Shown: one piece after another, positions 38,844 through 52,421 of the stretch | How the letters are laid out: each line of letters begins with the position of its first letter | Position numbering within the stretch: the first letter of the stretch is position 1 | Assembly (NCBI RefSeq): GCF_004010195.1 | Contig: NC_057718.1 | Coordinates: 24,506,715 to 24,570,714, forward strand | From: Chiloscyllium plagiosum | Lineage: Eukaryota | Reading direction: 5' to 3' | Length of the DNA: 64,000 bases | Program-made: the position numbers and the translations under genes | Notes under the pieces: model-generated | Seen by the model: the letters and a program-made list of their open reading frames with translations, nothing else | Told to the model about the DNA's origin: nothing | Database searches by the model: none

Positions 38844-39571
38844 CATTTGTGGTCCTATTATTTCCATAAGCATTCCCTACGGAGTATATCTGTGTGCACC
38901 AGAGTTGGAAAATAGGAAACCTGTCAGATAGATATGCGAAAAGCTACAGTGCAACTGTTATTACAATAAACTATTTAATTTAGATTATAACTACCCAATT
39001 TATGACTTTCAAATCAGTTTTGCTGCAAATGACAGATTTGTAATGATATTCTGTGCTATGTTAACTTCCACTCAAGGAGAGAAAAAATATTGATGACTAA
39101 AAGAAGAGTGAAGCAGCTCAGAAAGTGAAAATTGTCATCATATATGCCATTTTGCAATTACACTTGTAATATTTAATTAAATGCATACATTTTATGAAAC
39201 ATTGATACAATGAAATGTCGAGTTTATATGTACTTCCAAAACTATAACTGGATATCATGAAAGTAATTCATTCTGATATCAAAGTTGGGGAAATGAAAGC
39301 CAAATGAAAAGAAGGAATATTTCACATCCACCAGATGTCTCAAAGCACATTATCAGCAAGTAGCTACTTTTTTGAATTGAATTGATTTGATTTATTGTTG
39401 TCACTTGTACCTAAGTACAATGAAAAGTTTTGTTTTGCATGCAGTGCAGGCATATTATAGCAAACAGGGACATATAGATCATAGGTTGCTTAGACAGATT
39501 GAGAAATACAAGGATACAGCTGCACAGGAGGTACACAAAGCAAGATCAACATTAGCAAGGTCAATGTTATT

Positions 39572-39712
39572 TGATGTGGAGGGGTTGGTGTTGGACTGGG
39601 ATGGATAAGGTTATAATCTAACAGGTGACGCCACCTGATGAAGGGGCTGCATTCTGAAAGCTTGTAATTTCAAATAAACCTCTTGAACTATAACCTGGTG
39701 TCGTGTGACTTC
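39572..39712. mobile_element. PLE-terminus fragment (family C) with degenerate hammerhead at 39635-39663, nested in a minus-strand LINE tail (about 39375-39815)
   Basis: CCAC-CTGATGA-A-GGGGC-TGC-ATTCT-GAAA-GCTT. Shares GTTGGACTGGG and CAAATAAACCT...AACCTGGTGT with 26084-26225. Confidence 0.6.
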
Positions 39713-41299
39713 CACCATTATTTGAAATTAGAGAGGTCCATTCAGGAGTCTAATAACGGCAGGGAAGAAGCTGTTCTTGAAACTGTTGGTGCGTGTGTTC
39801 AAGCTTCTTTATCTTTTGAAGTGCAGTCACATTTGAAATATTGAAACACTACAGATAATTTATAAAAGGAAGTTGATTGAAACAAGGGGTTGTTTTGTGG
39901 TGGCTTCTATTTCTGGAAAGTATCTGCACACACAGTGTGATGACAGTGACTCACGGAATGTTACACAGTGGGATCTTTGATGATCAAGTTCTGAGATTGC
40001 ATTCATTGGAACTGAGTGGAATTATGTGTACTATAGGCAGCACTCTAGAACATGGATATGCCAACTGATTTCTCCCCTCCTCCTGCATCTCAACCACTAC
40101 CTGTGTATCTGAGGTGGTCACCAAATGTATAAATGCAAAGGTTGTACTGTCATGATAGCCTGGTTATGGATGACGCAGCAAACCAACACAAATTGGGACA
40201 ATTCTGCTGGTAAGTATTGGAAAAGCACCTCCGGATTAGTGGAGATAGGTGGAACCTTTGATTCAGCAACTCAATTGTCTGCTCAATCATATTTCCCATG
40301 GCAGCATGGCTTGGATATGTTGACCATATATTGTTGGGTTACAGAGGGGTCTCATGAGCCAGGTGTGGAGCAAGTGGTCCTGAGCATGAAGCAGACATTC
40401 TCTGGTTTGGTGTAGTGGACAGCAGAGTGCTTTCAGGATAGCTTCATGAGGATGCTGTGCTGAACCTGCTTGCATACTGCCTGTACACTCATTACCGCTA
40501 GCAGTGGTGGGCACAGGATGCATTTCACTTCAAGTTCAACTATGTACATACTGGAGCAGCAAGGTTTAAAGTGGCAGTGCAAGCTTAAAATTAGCCCTAA
40601 TGCTGATTGACATCACAGTTTGCTTACTGGAGTGCATAGCTTTAGCGTCCACAACAATACTGTCAACATGATGCCAATCTACATCACCAGAAAATGAGCA
40701 GAAACAGAGTGGATATCATTTTGATACTAAAGCTGTACGCTTAGAACCAAAACCATTTTCAAAGTTAGATCTACACAGTACAAACAGAAAAGGAACTGCA
40801 TCTGTCTCAAATATAACATATCTCTGTCAATGATTTTGTATAAATCCACAAAGTGTAATTTTCAAAATGATTGAAAGCTATATTTCTATGATCTATATTT
40901 CTATGGTTTCTATGCAAGTAGCAATAATGTCAATGCACAGGGAAAACATGGGCTTTAGAAATAAGAAAACAATGCATCATAAGGTGGCAAAGAAAATTAG
41001 GGAATTTGAAAGGATAAAATTAAATGAAGGAAAAATATTGATGTAAAAATACTGACACTATAACTTGTTAATTTTTGCTTTATGAGGATTCCATCTCCAA
41101 TGGCCTATCATTTATGTTTGTAATGCTCCTCTGGTTTATCCATTTCCTACCTTTGTCTTGAAGTAAAAGCTCACATAGTGTTGTAACCTTTACAGAAACT
41201 TAACACAAAGAGCATGGGTTCCAGTGCTAGTGTGTTAGCAAGTATGTGAGCTGTCCATCTCAATAACCTCCAGACTGTATTAAACAACACATCCTGTCG

Positions 41300-42885
41300 C
41301 AAAACTAAAAGAACTGTGGATGCTGGAAATCAGAAACAAAAACAGAAATTGATGGAAAAGCTCAGCAGATCTGGCAGCATCTGTGGAGAGAAATCAGAGT
41401 TAATGTTTCAGGTCCAGTGACCCTTCTTCAGAACTGATGGTAGCTAGGAAAGGTTTGTTTTTTATGTAGAAGATACGGTAGGGTGGGGGGCAAAGAGTAA
41501 ATTATAGATGGAGATACAGCTCCAAGAAAGAGAACAGTTGGACAGACAAAGAAGTGAATAATGGTCAGCCTAGAAGAATGAATACCTGCTAATGGGGATT
41601 GTTAGTGGCTAACAAGGAGTGGTGAGTCATAGCAGATCATGTGATAACAAGGCCTGGTGTGTGAGGGTTGCAGGAAGGATATGGGAGAAGGTACCTCAAA
41701 CCCTAAAATTGGTGAACTCAATATTGAGTCCAAAAGCCTGTAGAGTTCCTAAGCGGAAAATGAAGTGTGTTCTCCCAGTTTACGCTGAACTTCCCTGGAA
41801 CACTGCAGCAAGCCTGAGACAGAGAACAAGGGAACAGGGAACAAGGTGGTGTGTTGACATGGTGGGCAACTGGAAGCTCGGGGTCTTTCTTGCGGGCAGA
41901 GTGTAGGTGTTCTTTGAAGTGGTCACTCAGTCCACACTTTGTTTCCCCATGTAGAGGAGACCACATTGAGAGCAGTGAATGCAGTGACTAGATTGAGTGA
42001 AGTTCAGATAAAATGCTGCTTCACCTGGAAGATGTGTTTGGGCCTTTGGATACTAAGCAGAGTAGAAGTAAACAGGCAGTGGTTACACCCTTTGCATTTG
42101 CAGGGAAATGTGCATGGGTCTGTTTGGGGGCACTGGAAGTGAAAAAGGAGTGGGAGTGAATAGAAGGGGTGAGGGCTGAAGTACAGGAGATGCTCAGTCC
42201 TGGTTGAGGGCCCTGTCAACTACCGGGAATTACTGGTGCGAGAGAATCCTCGGTTGAGGAAGAAGGTGGACATTTCGGAGGCTCCCTTGTCGAAGTTGGC
42301 ATCATCAGAACAGGTGCATCAGAGATGGAGGAACTTGGAGAACGGAACAGAGTCTTTCCAGGAAGAGGGTAACTGTGGGAGTCAATTAGTAGTGGATATT
42401 GGTGGATGGTCTACACCCAGAAATGGAAGGGAAGGAAGGAGCCAGAGATGGACCAGGTGAAAATGAGAGCGAGGTGGAAATTGGAAGTGAAATTGATAAA
42501 CTTTTCCAATTCCGGATGAGAGAGGGAATCAGCACCAATGATGTCACCCATATACCAGAGAAAGAGCTGTGAGTGAGGGCCGGAATAGGATTAAAACAAA
42601 GAATGTGTCATGTACCCCACAAAGAGACAGGTATAACTGGGACCCATGTGATAACAAGTCCACATGTGAAAAGTTATTCAGAGTAAGGACGAGCTCGGCC
42701 AGACGGAGGAGGGTGGTGGTGGATTGGGACAGTTCAGACTTTTTCTCCAGGAAGAAGCAGAGAGTCTTGAGACCACCCTGATGGGGGATGGACATGTAAA
42801 GGGATGTCCGTGGTAAAGAGAAGCCGGCTGGAGCCCGCAAACTAGAAATTCTGAAACTGGCATAAAGCGACAAAGGAACTACAGA
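41300..42885 (-). mobile_element. Penelope-like element (RT, GIY-YIG, pLTR family B), degenerate
   Basis: SLYMSIPHQGGLKTL...TTTLLRLAELVLTLNNFS (PLE RT); FPCKCKGCNHC and GETKCGLSDHFKEH...PVAHHVN (GIY-YIG). Hammerhead-like motif at 41402-41431. Confidence 0.88.
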
Positions 42886-43443
42886 TGTAAGTGATTAAGG
42901 CAAAAACAAGCAGAATGATGTATTTTGTCTAAGCAAAACTATAAACTATAGAATCTGCAGCATATTGACTCTGTAAGTAGATTGGAAGAAAATACAAGCA
43001 CCAGCTGCAGAGGATTCCTTTTAGATTCCTCATACTTCATTGAATTGCCTACATTTTCTTTACTGCCTTTGGTTAAGACTGTACGGATATTCCATCACAA
43101 TTATAAGTTGCTTGTTAATTTGTTACTCTACTAAGGGCTGCAAAAGAGGAATTATATGATTCTCAACACAAAGCAAACTGCATTTTGTGATTGTCTAGGA
43201 GACACAGAATAGCTTCTCTCCAGGGTTCTGATGACTGCTGGAATGCACAATCACTTCCAGGTAAATTGGTGTGGTAACTGGAATAAAGGGAGATGGCAAA
43301 ATATATCAGGTATGACACAGGCATAACAGGACAGACAGGGAAACCAATTAAGATGAAAGAATAGAAAATAAAATTTATCCAAATGGACAATAAATAAAAG
43401 GAGGAAAAAGGTGCAAGGTAGATCAATTAAATAAAATGAACAT

Positions 43444-43755
43444 GGGTTAGCACTGCTGCCTCACAGTGCCAGGGACCCGGGTTCGATTCCCGCCTCGGTG
43501 ACTGTCTGTGTGGCGTTTGCACGTTCTCCCTGTGTCTGTATGGGTTTCCTCCAGGTGCTCTGGTTTCCTCCCACAATACAAAGAGGTGCAGGTTAGGTGA
43601 ATGGCCATGCTAAATTGCCCATTGCGTGAGGTCTGGCAGGAGTTAATATAGGTTAGGGGAATGGGTTTAGGTGGATTACTCTTCGGAGGGTCGGTGTGAA
43701 CTTGTTGGGCCAAAGGGCCCGTTTCCATACTGTAGGGAATCTAATCTAATCTAAA
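43444..43755 (+). mobile_element. HE1-type V-SINE
   Basis: B-box GGTTCGATTCC, V-domain, (AATCT)n tail. Confidence 0.9.
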
Positions 43756-45452
43756 AAAACCAATGGTAGAGAAAAAGCATAATTTTACAAAGTACAATGA
43801 AAAGGACTTGTTTGCTTTAGTTTTGGAACTGCTATGTGAATCTCAAGCATGGTTAACATTTGCTGTTTATTTGCTTTTTTTCATTGATTGAGAAGCTAGG
43901 TAAGAATTGGATGATTGGAAATCATAAACCTTTATGTGCAGAGGGAACATGTTCACTGAAAATTGAGTGATGATGATGGAGATTGAGTTCAGCTGAACTA
44001 TATTTGCCCCTGTCTATCAATTGGGCAGCATAAAATGCTCACAGGGAGAAGAACTTTTAAACATTCTGTCTGAAAGAAGAGGAAAATAGATGGAAAATAG
44101 CAATACAAGGATTAATGGACTTTGAAAAATTAAATGTAAAGCGAGCAAGAATTTAGTCTGAAAGAAGTAGTGAAACAATTTGCAGGGGACTTGCTGCTGT
44201 GCCAACACTCTAAGTAACGAATCTTGATATGGTGATAGTCCATGATCATTCAAACTGGAAATATTTTATGCCACCCCAATTGTAACAAGATTTGCCCTCT
44301 TGTATCAGTTTCAAAGACAATATGAAACATCCCTGACATGGTTGGACTTATTTGAAGCTTCTGGAATCAGTTAATTGTCCCCTGTGCCATGTGAAAAATG
44401 TTGCTGGGAGGTAAACAACTAGTGTTCAAGTGATGATAGTAAATGCACTGAATACGGGAGTGTAAATATGAATTACTTGCCACAGTCTCGTCAATAATTT
44501 CAAACATTAAGGACACCACAAAAATGTTACAGCTGACATTAAACAAGGACAATAAAAAAGCCGTTGTTCTTTTATATTACCTTTATGAACATCCTTCAAA
44601 AGAAGTTCATACTTTTCTGTGAACAAGGAGAAAGCAAAGTTGAGGATGCGTTATTGGTAAAATTTTGGTTTCTGAAATGATATCACCAAAATGACAACCA
44701 CGCAGAACAAGAAAGCTTTGCATACATTGCTTGATGAAATCTCAGCCCACTGAAACAACTCTGAGGACTGTATATGATCAGCGAAAGCATTAAGACCTCA
44801 AGTAACTTGGGATGAGAGAGAATAAAAGAAATTAGCCAGCATGTGTCAAAGGTACTGAATACTTGGGGGTAATTAATGATTCATATTTAAGTCCATTAGG
44901 GTTGACAATCTCGACTCTCATTTCACCCACGCAAAAATCATGCTCTCTTCGTAGCGAATCCAAGATGAGAAGGAATGTACAAAGACCTTCAAAATGCTCT
45001 CTACATAAAGTAAGCAACACAATATGATTAAAGGAATAAATATGAAATTGAAATTGAGCACTTTCTCATTTCTGCTGTAGTTTGTGAATCTGTATAAAGT
45101 ATGACAAAAACTTTCCTGATTGGGTATGCTATGTGAAGTTTTCACTCAGAGTCAAATATCAATTTGAGATATTGTGAGTATTTTTCTCAAAATGATCCTC
45201 AATCATTCTCTATTCTCATGAACATACAGGAACATAAAGACAATACTAACAAAGGAAACATAAATGCTGAATGAATAGGAAATGATAGGCTGCAGCAACA
45301 GCTGGGAAGAAACCAAGAATCAGGGCAGGACTGCCAGCTATGATTAACAACATAGGACATATTGGTGAGGATAATGAAATGAAGTTGAACTATGAAGCAG
45401 TAAACATGTAAGAATATGCTACATGCTACATGAGCACAAATCTGCTACAAAA

Positions 45453-45655
45453 GGCAAGGTAACGTTGCCATAGTCCTGGCTGACCACAAGGCTGCTTTCT
45501 TATTATAGAGAGGTACTGGTGGTGGTTAAACCTGAGGGTCACCATGCCTCAGGCGAGTGGTGAGATTGAGAAGATGGGACCTTCATGATAACCTCAGCTG
45601 AACTAGAAATTGAACCCATGCTGTTGGCATTACTCTGCATTGCAAACCACTACCA
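45453..45655 (-). mobile_element. tRNA-derived SINE (family not assigned)
   Basis: Minus-strand B-box-like GGGTTCAATTTC and an internal inverted repeat CCTGAGG...CCTCAGG. Confidence 0.45.
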
Positions 45656-46481
45656 TTAATTGTACTACCTCCAATTGTTTACAGATTTACAAGGGTAAAT
45701 ATTAAATCTCAGATGAACTCAAACAGAGATGCTAACAAAACATGACCACGATGTTACAGTCACAAATACACTTCTGATTCAAGTCACACCGGCATTGATA
45801 TCAAACACAACAGGGCACCAGCAAGGTTCGAAATTGAAGTTTCAGGAATTCTCCTGGCTTCATAAATGATCGGGTCTGTGTTCAGTTGTTGCCATATTAT
45901 GTTTTGGATATTGGTAAGTGACAGCTATTTTCCCCATTGTAGAAAACTGAAAACTTATGAACAAATTTTCTCTGCTGTCATCCATTTTGACATCTGCCAC
46001 TAAACTTGCTTAATTTAGCCTAGTTTGGCCAGATTCAAACATCCTACACAAAATTTTATATCACATTTATGGACTTGAAAAGAAGCTGTCTCATGGTACC
46101 ATTCTGTTTAGTTCAGATAGAGTCTTGCTCATTGCTACAGTTTATGCTCCAGACATAAGGTCTCAGAGTTGACAGATGCTTGCTTCCATTATCCATAAAT
46201 GAGGCAAAGAATTGATATATCTGAAATAATGTCCAAGAAATTCAGAAGTGCGGCATCTCAACTCAAGAATGAATTGATCTGCATTTTTGCTGGCACCAAC
46301 AATCTCTTCTGTCATTGCAGAACAAAATATCATTGGTGCCAGTGATTAGGGTGGGAGCTATGAATCTTTTGCTAGCCTTTCAAGCTATATGAGTACATCA
46401 CAAAGCAGAAACGTGAAATGACCAAAAACCATAGGATAAAAGTGTTTTACTAAGTGGGAAAGCAACAGCAGGGGAAAGCAA

Positions 46482-46543
46482 AGAGAGAGAGAGAGGGGGG
46501 GAGAGAGAGAGTGAGAGAGGAGAAAGATAGAGAGAGAGAGAGA
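46482..46543. repeat. Imperfect (GA)n microsatellite
   Basis: Directly visible. Confidence 0.9.
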
Positions 46544-47852
46544 ACTAGACTACCTTACATAATATATAGAGCGATAAGAAATGAGTATTCCCAACTAGTT
46601 AAGACCTTAGAATTGTGCACCTGCCCCAGGAACACAGAATCCACCCCCTTCACTCAGCATTGCAAACGCCTTCTTTCAGCACTCTGGAATTCCCACAGGA
46701 TTGCCATTTCTTTGAATTTTTTTGATTTTCAAATATATCCCCATTCCAACTGAACTATCCAGCCGAGGCAAGATTGGGACCCGCTGCATTCATTAATAGA
46801 TTTTTGCACTACAAAAACCTTCTAGTTGGTAACGCTTGTGATTTTGCAGATGATTTTGCAAGAAGTTCCTCTGTTTGCTATTTTTAATGCAATCAATCAT
46901 GGACATATTCTAAATGAACATGTTTACATTTTCTGCAAAAACATCAGAAGAATTTTTTATGAACACTTTTACCACATCACGACACCTAATGGTTAATTCG
47001 ATGAACTGGGTGCGCTCAGAGTAGATTGGTCTTATTGGGAATTCATCTTGGGAAATCACACTCATGACTTTCTGTCCATTAAAATTGATACAGACAAAAT
47101 AACAGTTTGAATACTTCCAATTTCCTGAGATACACTCTCTGATATTCTACTTTCCACTGCTAACCATTATAGAATATTAATAGTACCATATTAGGATGAA
47201 AGTACCATTTTAAAAAAAACAACTATTAGAAGTCTAGGTTTGATTTCAGGAAGTATAGAATATAAAAGGCAAGTGCTAATCATAAGTTAGTATTAAAGTT
47301 TTATAACATTTCTGTCACAGTACTGTACTAGTATTAGGTGCTTCTCTTTGGAGGACTTAGACAGAGCACAATGCAGACTAGTAAGATGTTGCCTATAATG
47401 CAGAAATATGAAAAAGAAGAAACAGTAAAATAAAATTGAATATTTAGCCATAAGAGCACAGTTTATGGGATGTGATACATGTATCCATAATGTTGGAAGA
47501 ATGGGACAGAATTGAAGCAAACAGCTTCCAGAACTTGAGGGCCAAGAATTAGTGGTAGTCACAGATACATGACTAAACAAAAGACAATTAGAACAGAGAA
47601 ACCTACTTTCACAGAGAATTGTGAGGACCTAGCTTCTGCATCAACTAATAACACTTGAAATTATGTCAACATTTCAAGATTGATTTGGAGAGGGGGATGA
47701 AGGAAAAGTAGCATGGGAACAGTGTGTACTACAACTATGTACATGCATGGAGGGCAGACACTGACACAGACTGGTTGCCTCAAATAAGTTGTTTTTTGTG
47801 TTATAACTTCTACATATGTATAGCATCCAGAATTAGTGGCACGGTGGCACAT

Positions 47853-48115
47853 GGGCGGCACGGTGGCACAGTGGTTAGCACTGCTGCCTCACAGCGCCAG
47901 AGACCTGGGTTCNNNNNNNNNNNNNNNNNNNNNNNNNNNNNNNNNNNNNNNNNNNNNNNNNNNNNNNNNNNNNNNNNNNNNNNNNCTAAATTGCCCGTAG
48001 TGTTAGGTAAGGGGTAAATGTAGGGGTATGGGTGGGTTGCGCTTCGGCGGGTCGGTGTGGACTTGTTGGGCCGAAGGGCCTGTTTCCACACTGTAATGTA
48101 ATCTAATCTAATCTA
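47853..48115 (+). mobile_element. HE1-type V-SINE containing a 73-N gap (47913-47985)
   Basis: Head GGCGGCACGGTGGCACAGTGGTTAGC and (AATCT)n tail. Confidence 0.9.
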
Positions 48116-48409
48116 AAACTCTGTGCCCCTTGAAATCAAAAGAGTAACATATCTAAGATGTAAAACCTTTGGATCTGACCAATGACTATGTACATGAAAA
48201 ATGTGTCAAGTCAAAATTTGTTAAACTCATGCTTCTGAGATCTGATTTAGATTCTTTAAAAGTCAATTTTGCAAGGCATGTTTTACAAAACTCACTCTCC
48301 CATTAATCAGCCTTGTCCACTAACAGGGATAGAGTGGGAGATTTGTAGATGCATCCAGTGATGAAACTACTTGGCAAGTTGGGCTACAATGTAGGTTCTC
48401 AGTGAATAA

Positions 48410-49117
48410 GGTCAAATGCTTAAGACAGAAAACTTATACATTGCTAAAGATATCTGTTGTTGATGAACTGGGTGTTCAGGTCCATTGTATCTTGAAGGTG
48501 GCAATGCAGATCGATAGAGTGGTCATGAAGGCATACAGGGTATTGAGTACAAGAGTTGGCAAGTCATGTTACAGTTGTATAGGATTTTGGTTCAGCCGCA
48601 TTTGGAATACTGTGCACAGTTCTGATCATCACATTATCAAAAGGATGTGGATGTTTTGGAAAGGCTGCAGAGGAGGTTCACCAGGATGTTGCCTGGTATG
48701 GAGGGCATTAGCTATGAAAAAAAGTTGAGTAGATTAGGATTATTTTCATTAGAAAGACAGAGGTTGAGGGGGGACCTGACTGAGGTCTACAAAATCATGA
48801 GTAGTATAGACAGGTTGGGGGACTCAGTTACTAGAGGTCACGAGTGCAAGGTGAGAGGGGAGGAATTTAAGGGAGATATGCATGGAAAGTTCTTTACGCA
48901 GAGGGTGGTGAGTGCCTGGAACACATTATCAGTGGCGGTAGTAGAGGCTGGCATGAAAGTGCCATTTATGATGTATCTAGACAGATGCATGAATGGGTAG
49001 GGAGCAGAAAGATACAGATCCTTAGAAAATAGGTGACAGGTTTAGATAGAGATCTGGATTGATGCGGGCTTGGGGGTGCCAAAGGGCTTGTTTCTTTGTG
49101 CTTTGTTCTTGTTCTTT
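48410..49117 (+). mobile_element. CR1 LINE 3' fragment
   Basis: LERLQRRFTRMLPGM...FFTQRVVSAWNTL; TGTTCTT tail. Confidence 0.85.
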
Positions 49118-49438
49118 GATATATGCGTTATTGGATAATGAAAATAAAATCAGCATAATTTTAAAACTATGAAATTAGCTATTACATAATTAGCAGCAAA
49201 AACCTATAAACACATTGCAATCAAATGCAATGCCATTTAAATCAATAAAATAAAATAATCCATCAATGTAAATTAATTACAAGCTGAAGATATGTGTGAT
49301 AAATTCAGTTCAAAAGATGAAAAAGTGATTTTTGTTGCCTTTTTTTGCTCTAATACCTACCATTCGTCCCATATCTCTAGCAGATCATTTAAGGCTTGCT
49401 GACTAAGGTACAAAGAAAAGACAACTCTCCATAAGTAC

Positions 49439-49528
49439 CTTTTTCTTTGCCTGGAGTAGCTCCTGGTAGGCACTGGAACGTATGAAACGAGGATAAGAAT
49501 CACTTTTCATCAGTTTGTAAATGTGCTC
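49439..49528 (-). CDS. RGS7: RGS7 coding exon (end of RGS domain): [30 protein letters not shown]
   Basis: Translated by hand (not in the ORF track). Acceptor TTTTTCTTTTAG|GAG, donor AAG|GTACTT. 90 nt, phase 0/0. Matches mammalian RGS7 as recalled. Confidence 0.97.
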
Positions 49529-50485
49529 CTAAAAGAAAAAGTCATCAACTGTAAACATCAGCAGGCTACATTGTGGAAGTGCGCCTAAAGTATGTTTTCA
49601 TGTTATAGTACAATCTAACTATTGAGCTCTCTCCTGCCTCTAGCTGTACTATATCTGACCGGAGACGTCTTGGCACTGAATGCCTGACATGGAATACCAT
49701 TGGCTATATGAACTGAAAAGATCCTTTGGTGCAGATTCTACTCGAAATTTATGAATAAGCCAGACTAATTTGCAATAACATCAATGCAGATAATTGTGCT
49801 TCTGCTAAAATAAAAAAAATAGTGGTTATGTGTCATTAGTACTCTGACAGCTTAAATAAAGGCAAGCTAAAAATAAAGGAGGTGGCTGATGTAACTGAGG
49901 GGCAGAAGATCAGATGAACAAATTTGGTGAAATATCAATGAACAGTTTTATCATAATTGATTTTTAGTTACTGTGATTAATTATTGCACTTAGTAAAGTA
50001 CATTTGCAAGAGTAAATGTAAGTCTGCAAGATTCAATGGTATACAGATTGTACAGAAATCATTTTTTTGTTTTCTCAATTTTTAATGAGGAGTTATAAAT
50101 GTCAATCTTCAGCCAAAATAGACTGCTTGGCAACGTATTCTCATACCTCTTGACTGGGTTGCCTGGAACCTAATCTCAGGTGCAACTTGACATAATTCAC
50201 CATTTGATTGCCCCATGTGAAAAAAATCAAGATGGTGAACATCAACCCTGCCACTCAATGGAATGAGTCACGATTACAGAACTATGCTCGCCCAATAGTT
50301 TATATTCTGTTTTATGGCACATCTAGAGGCAAGTTGTTACTGGCTTCCAGTAATGTAAAAATAACCATCAGTTCGCAGTGTGACATCTTACATTATTTTC
50401 ACCAGACACATAATGCTTATATAATTGCATATTTCCCCCATTAGTGTCAATCTAAGTTTCATCACTTCAGAGTTAATTTGCTTAC

Positions 50486-50672
50486 CTGAGCGTCTTCAAA
50501 TGCATATCTTCCTGGGTCTTTTACATTTTGTGTGGTCTTATCATAGCTTTTGGAGTCCACGTTAATGGCACTGGGGGCTCCTGGTGCCAAAAACTCTTGC
50601 CAGATTTCTTGAACACGTGATGGTACCTCACGAATGGGTCTTTTCTTCAGATCCAGCACTGCTAACCAGAAT
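50486..50672 (-). CDS. RGS7: RGS7 coding exon: [62 protein letters not shown]
   Basis: RGS7-type residues ([25 protein letters not shown]). Acceptor CCAAACAG|, donor CAG|GTAAGC. 187 nt, frame consistent on both sides. Confidence 0.97.
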
Positions 50673-50706
50673 CTGTTTGGATTCACAGGACAGTGTCTAC
50701 AGTTAT

Positions 50707-50834
50707 TCCTGAAGAAGGGCTTATGCCCGAAACGTCGATTCTCCTGTTCCCTGGATGCTGCCTGACCTGCTGCGCTTTTTCAGCAACACATTTTCAGCTC
50801 TGATTTCCAGCATCTGCAGTCCTCACTTTCTCCT
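50707..50834 (+). mobile_element. 128-bp hammerhead-headed pLTR insertion with perfect 16-bp TSD
   Basis: TSD CAGTGTCTACAGTTAT at 50691-50706 and 50835-50850. Confidence 0.92.
50709..50736 (+). ncRNA. Minimal type I hammerhead ribozyme motif (intact core)
   Basis: CTGAAGA-A-GGGC-TTAT-GCCC-GAAA-CGTC: core CUGANGA/GAAA/GUC, 4-bp stem II, palindromic ACGT stem III. Activity not tested. Confidence 0.7.
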
Positions 50835-51390
50835 CAGTGTCTACAGTTATGTTGTTTAAAGAAACCTTACCAATTACAAGTTCCAAAGATGCCAATTTAT
50901 CAAAAAAATAGTTGAACATACTTCAAATCAAGAACAAAAGCAGAATTTATGATGAAACAAACAATTTAGTATAACTTATTCTGCAATGCTGGGGATTAAA
51001 GCATGACATGGGTGCTTTTTGTATTCTGTATAGTGTGTTCACAATATGACACTGAATTTTATGCTGATGAAATGTGGAAAGATTTGGGACATTCACCAAA
51101 TCAGAACTGACTAAAGTCGGTGTTTGATCACCATCCTCTGGGAAAGTTAGGGAGACACTTCAACTTGGCATTTTGAAAATTCTGCCCTGTTAGAAGCTCC
51201 ATGATAAAATATACAGAATGCATAGTAGTCCAAAAGTACACAGTCTCTGAAACAGTGAACTTAATGTTGTAAATCATCATCCTCATTCTTTACCTTTTGC
51301 TCTTGTGGCTGTCAACAGCTTTTTTTTTTTAACAGATAGTCCTTTAATGATATTTCAGTTTGAATACCTGTCCATTAAGATATGTCAAAT

Positions 51391-52421
51391 AGTCATAGAG
51401 TCATAGAGATGTACAGCATGGAAACAGACCTTTTGGCCCAACCTATCCATGCTGACCAGATATCTCAACCCAATCTAGTCCCACCTGCCAGCACCCAACC
51501 CATATCTCTCCAAACCCTTCCTATTCATATACCCATCCAAATTCCATTTAAATATTTCATTCGTACCAGCCTCCACCACTTCCTCTGACAGTTCATTCCA
51601 TACATGTTCAATACTCTGCATGAAAAAGTTGCTCCTTAGGTTTCTTTTATATCTTTCCCCTCTCACCTTAAACCTATGCCATCTAGTTCTGGACTCCCCC
51701 ACCGGGGGAAGAGACTTTGTCTATTTACACTATCCATGCCTCTCATGATTTCATAAACCTCTATAACATCACTCCTCAGCCTCCGACGCTCCAGGAAAAA
51801 CAGCCCTAGCTTATTCAGCCTCTCCCTATCGCTCAAATCCTCCAATCCGGGCAAGATCCTTGTAAATCTTTTCAGAACCCTCTCAAGTTTCACAACATCA
51901 TTGTAATAGGAAGGAGACCAGAATTGCATGCAATATTCCAACAGTGGCCTAACCAATGTCCTATACAGCCGCAAAATGACCTCCCAACTCCTGTACTCAA
52001 TACCAATAAAGGAAAGCATACCAAACACCTTCTTCACTACCCTATCTACCTGCGACTCCATTTTCAAGGAACTATGAACCTGCACTCCAAGGTCTCTTTG
52101 TTCAGCAACACTCCCCAGGACCTTATCATTAAGTGTATAAGTCCTGCTAAGATTTGCTTTCCTAAAATGCAGCACCTCACATTTATCTAAATTCAACTCC
52201 ATCTGTCACTTCTCAGTACATTGTCCCACCTGATCACGATCTCATTGTAATCTGAGGTAACCTTCTTCGCTGTCCACTACACCTCCAATTTTGGTGTCAT
52301 CTGCAAACTTACTAACTAAACCTCTTATGCCCACATCCAAATCATTTATGTAAATGACAAAAAGTAGAGGGCCCAGCACCGATCCTTGTTGCACTCCACT
52401 GGTCACAGGCCTCCAGTCTGA
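51391..52421 (-). mobile_element. CR1 (HER1-like) LINE 3' fragment
   Basis: [22 protein letters not shown]...KFADDTK; LVRPLLEYCMQFWSP; CTCTATGA tail. Confidence 0.92.

Noticed and set aside
43251..43277. Alternative RGS7 exon LPHQFTWK* after a good minus-strand acceptor
   Set aside because: Only an acceptor-like signal; no convincing donor, poly(A) site or homology.
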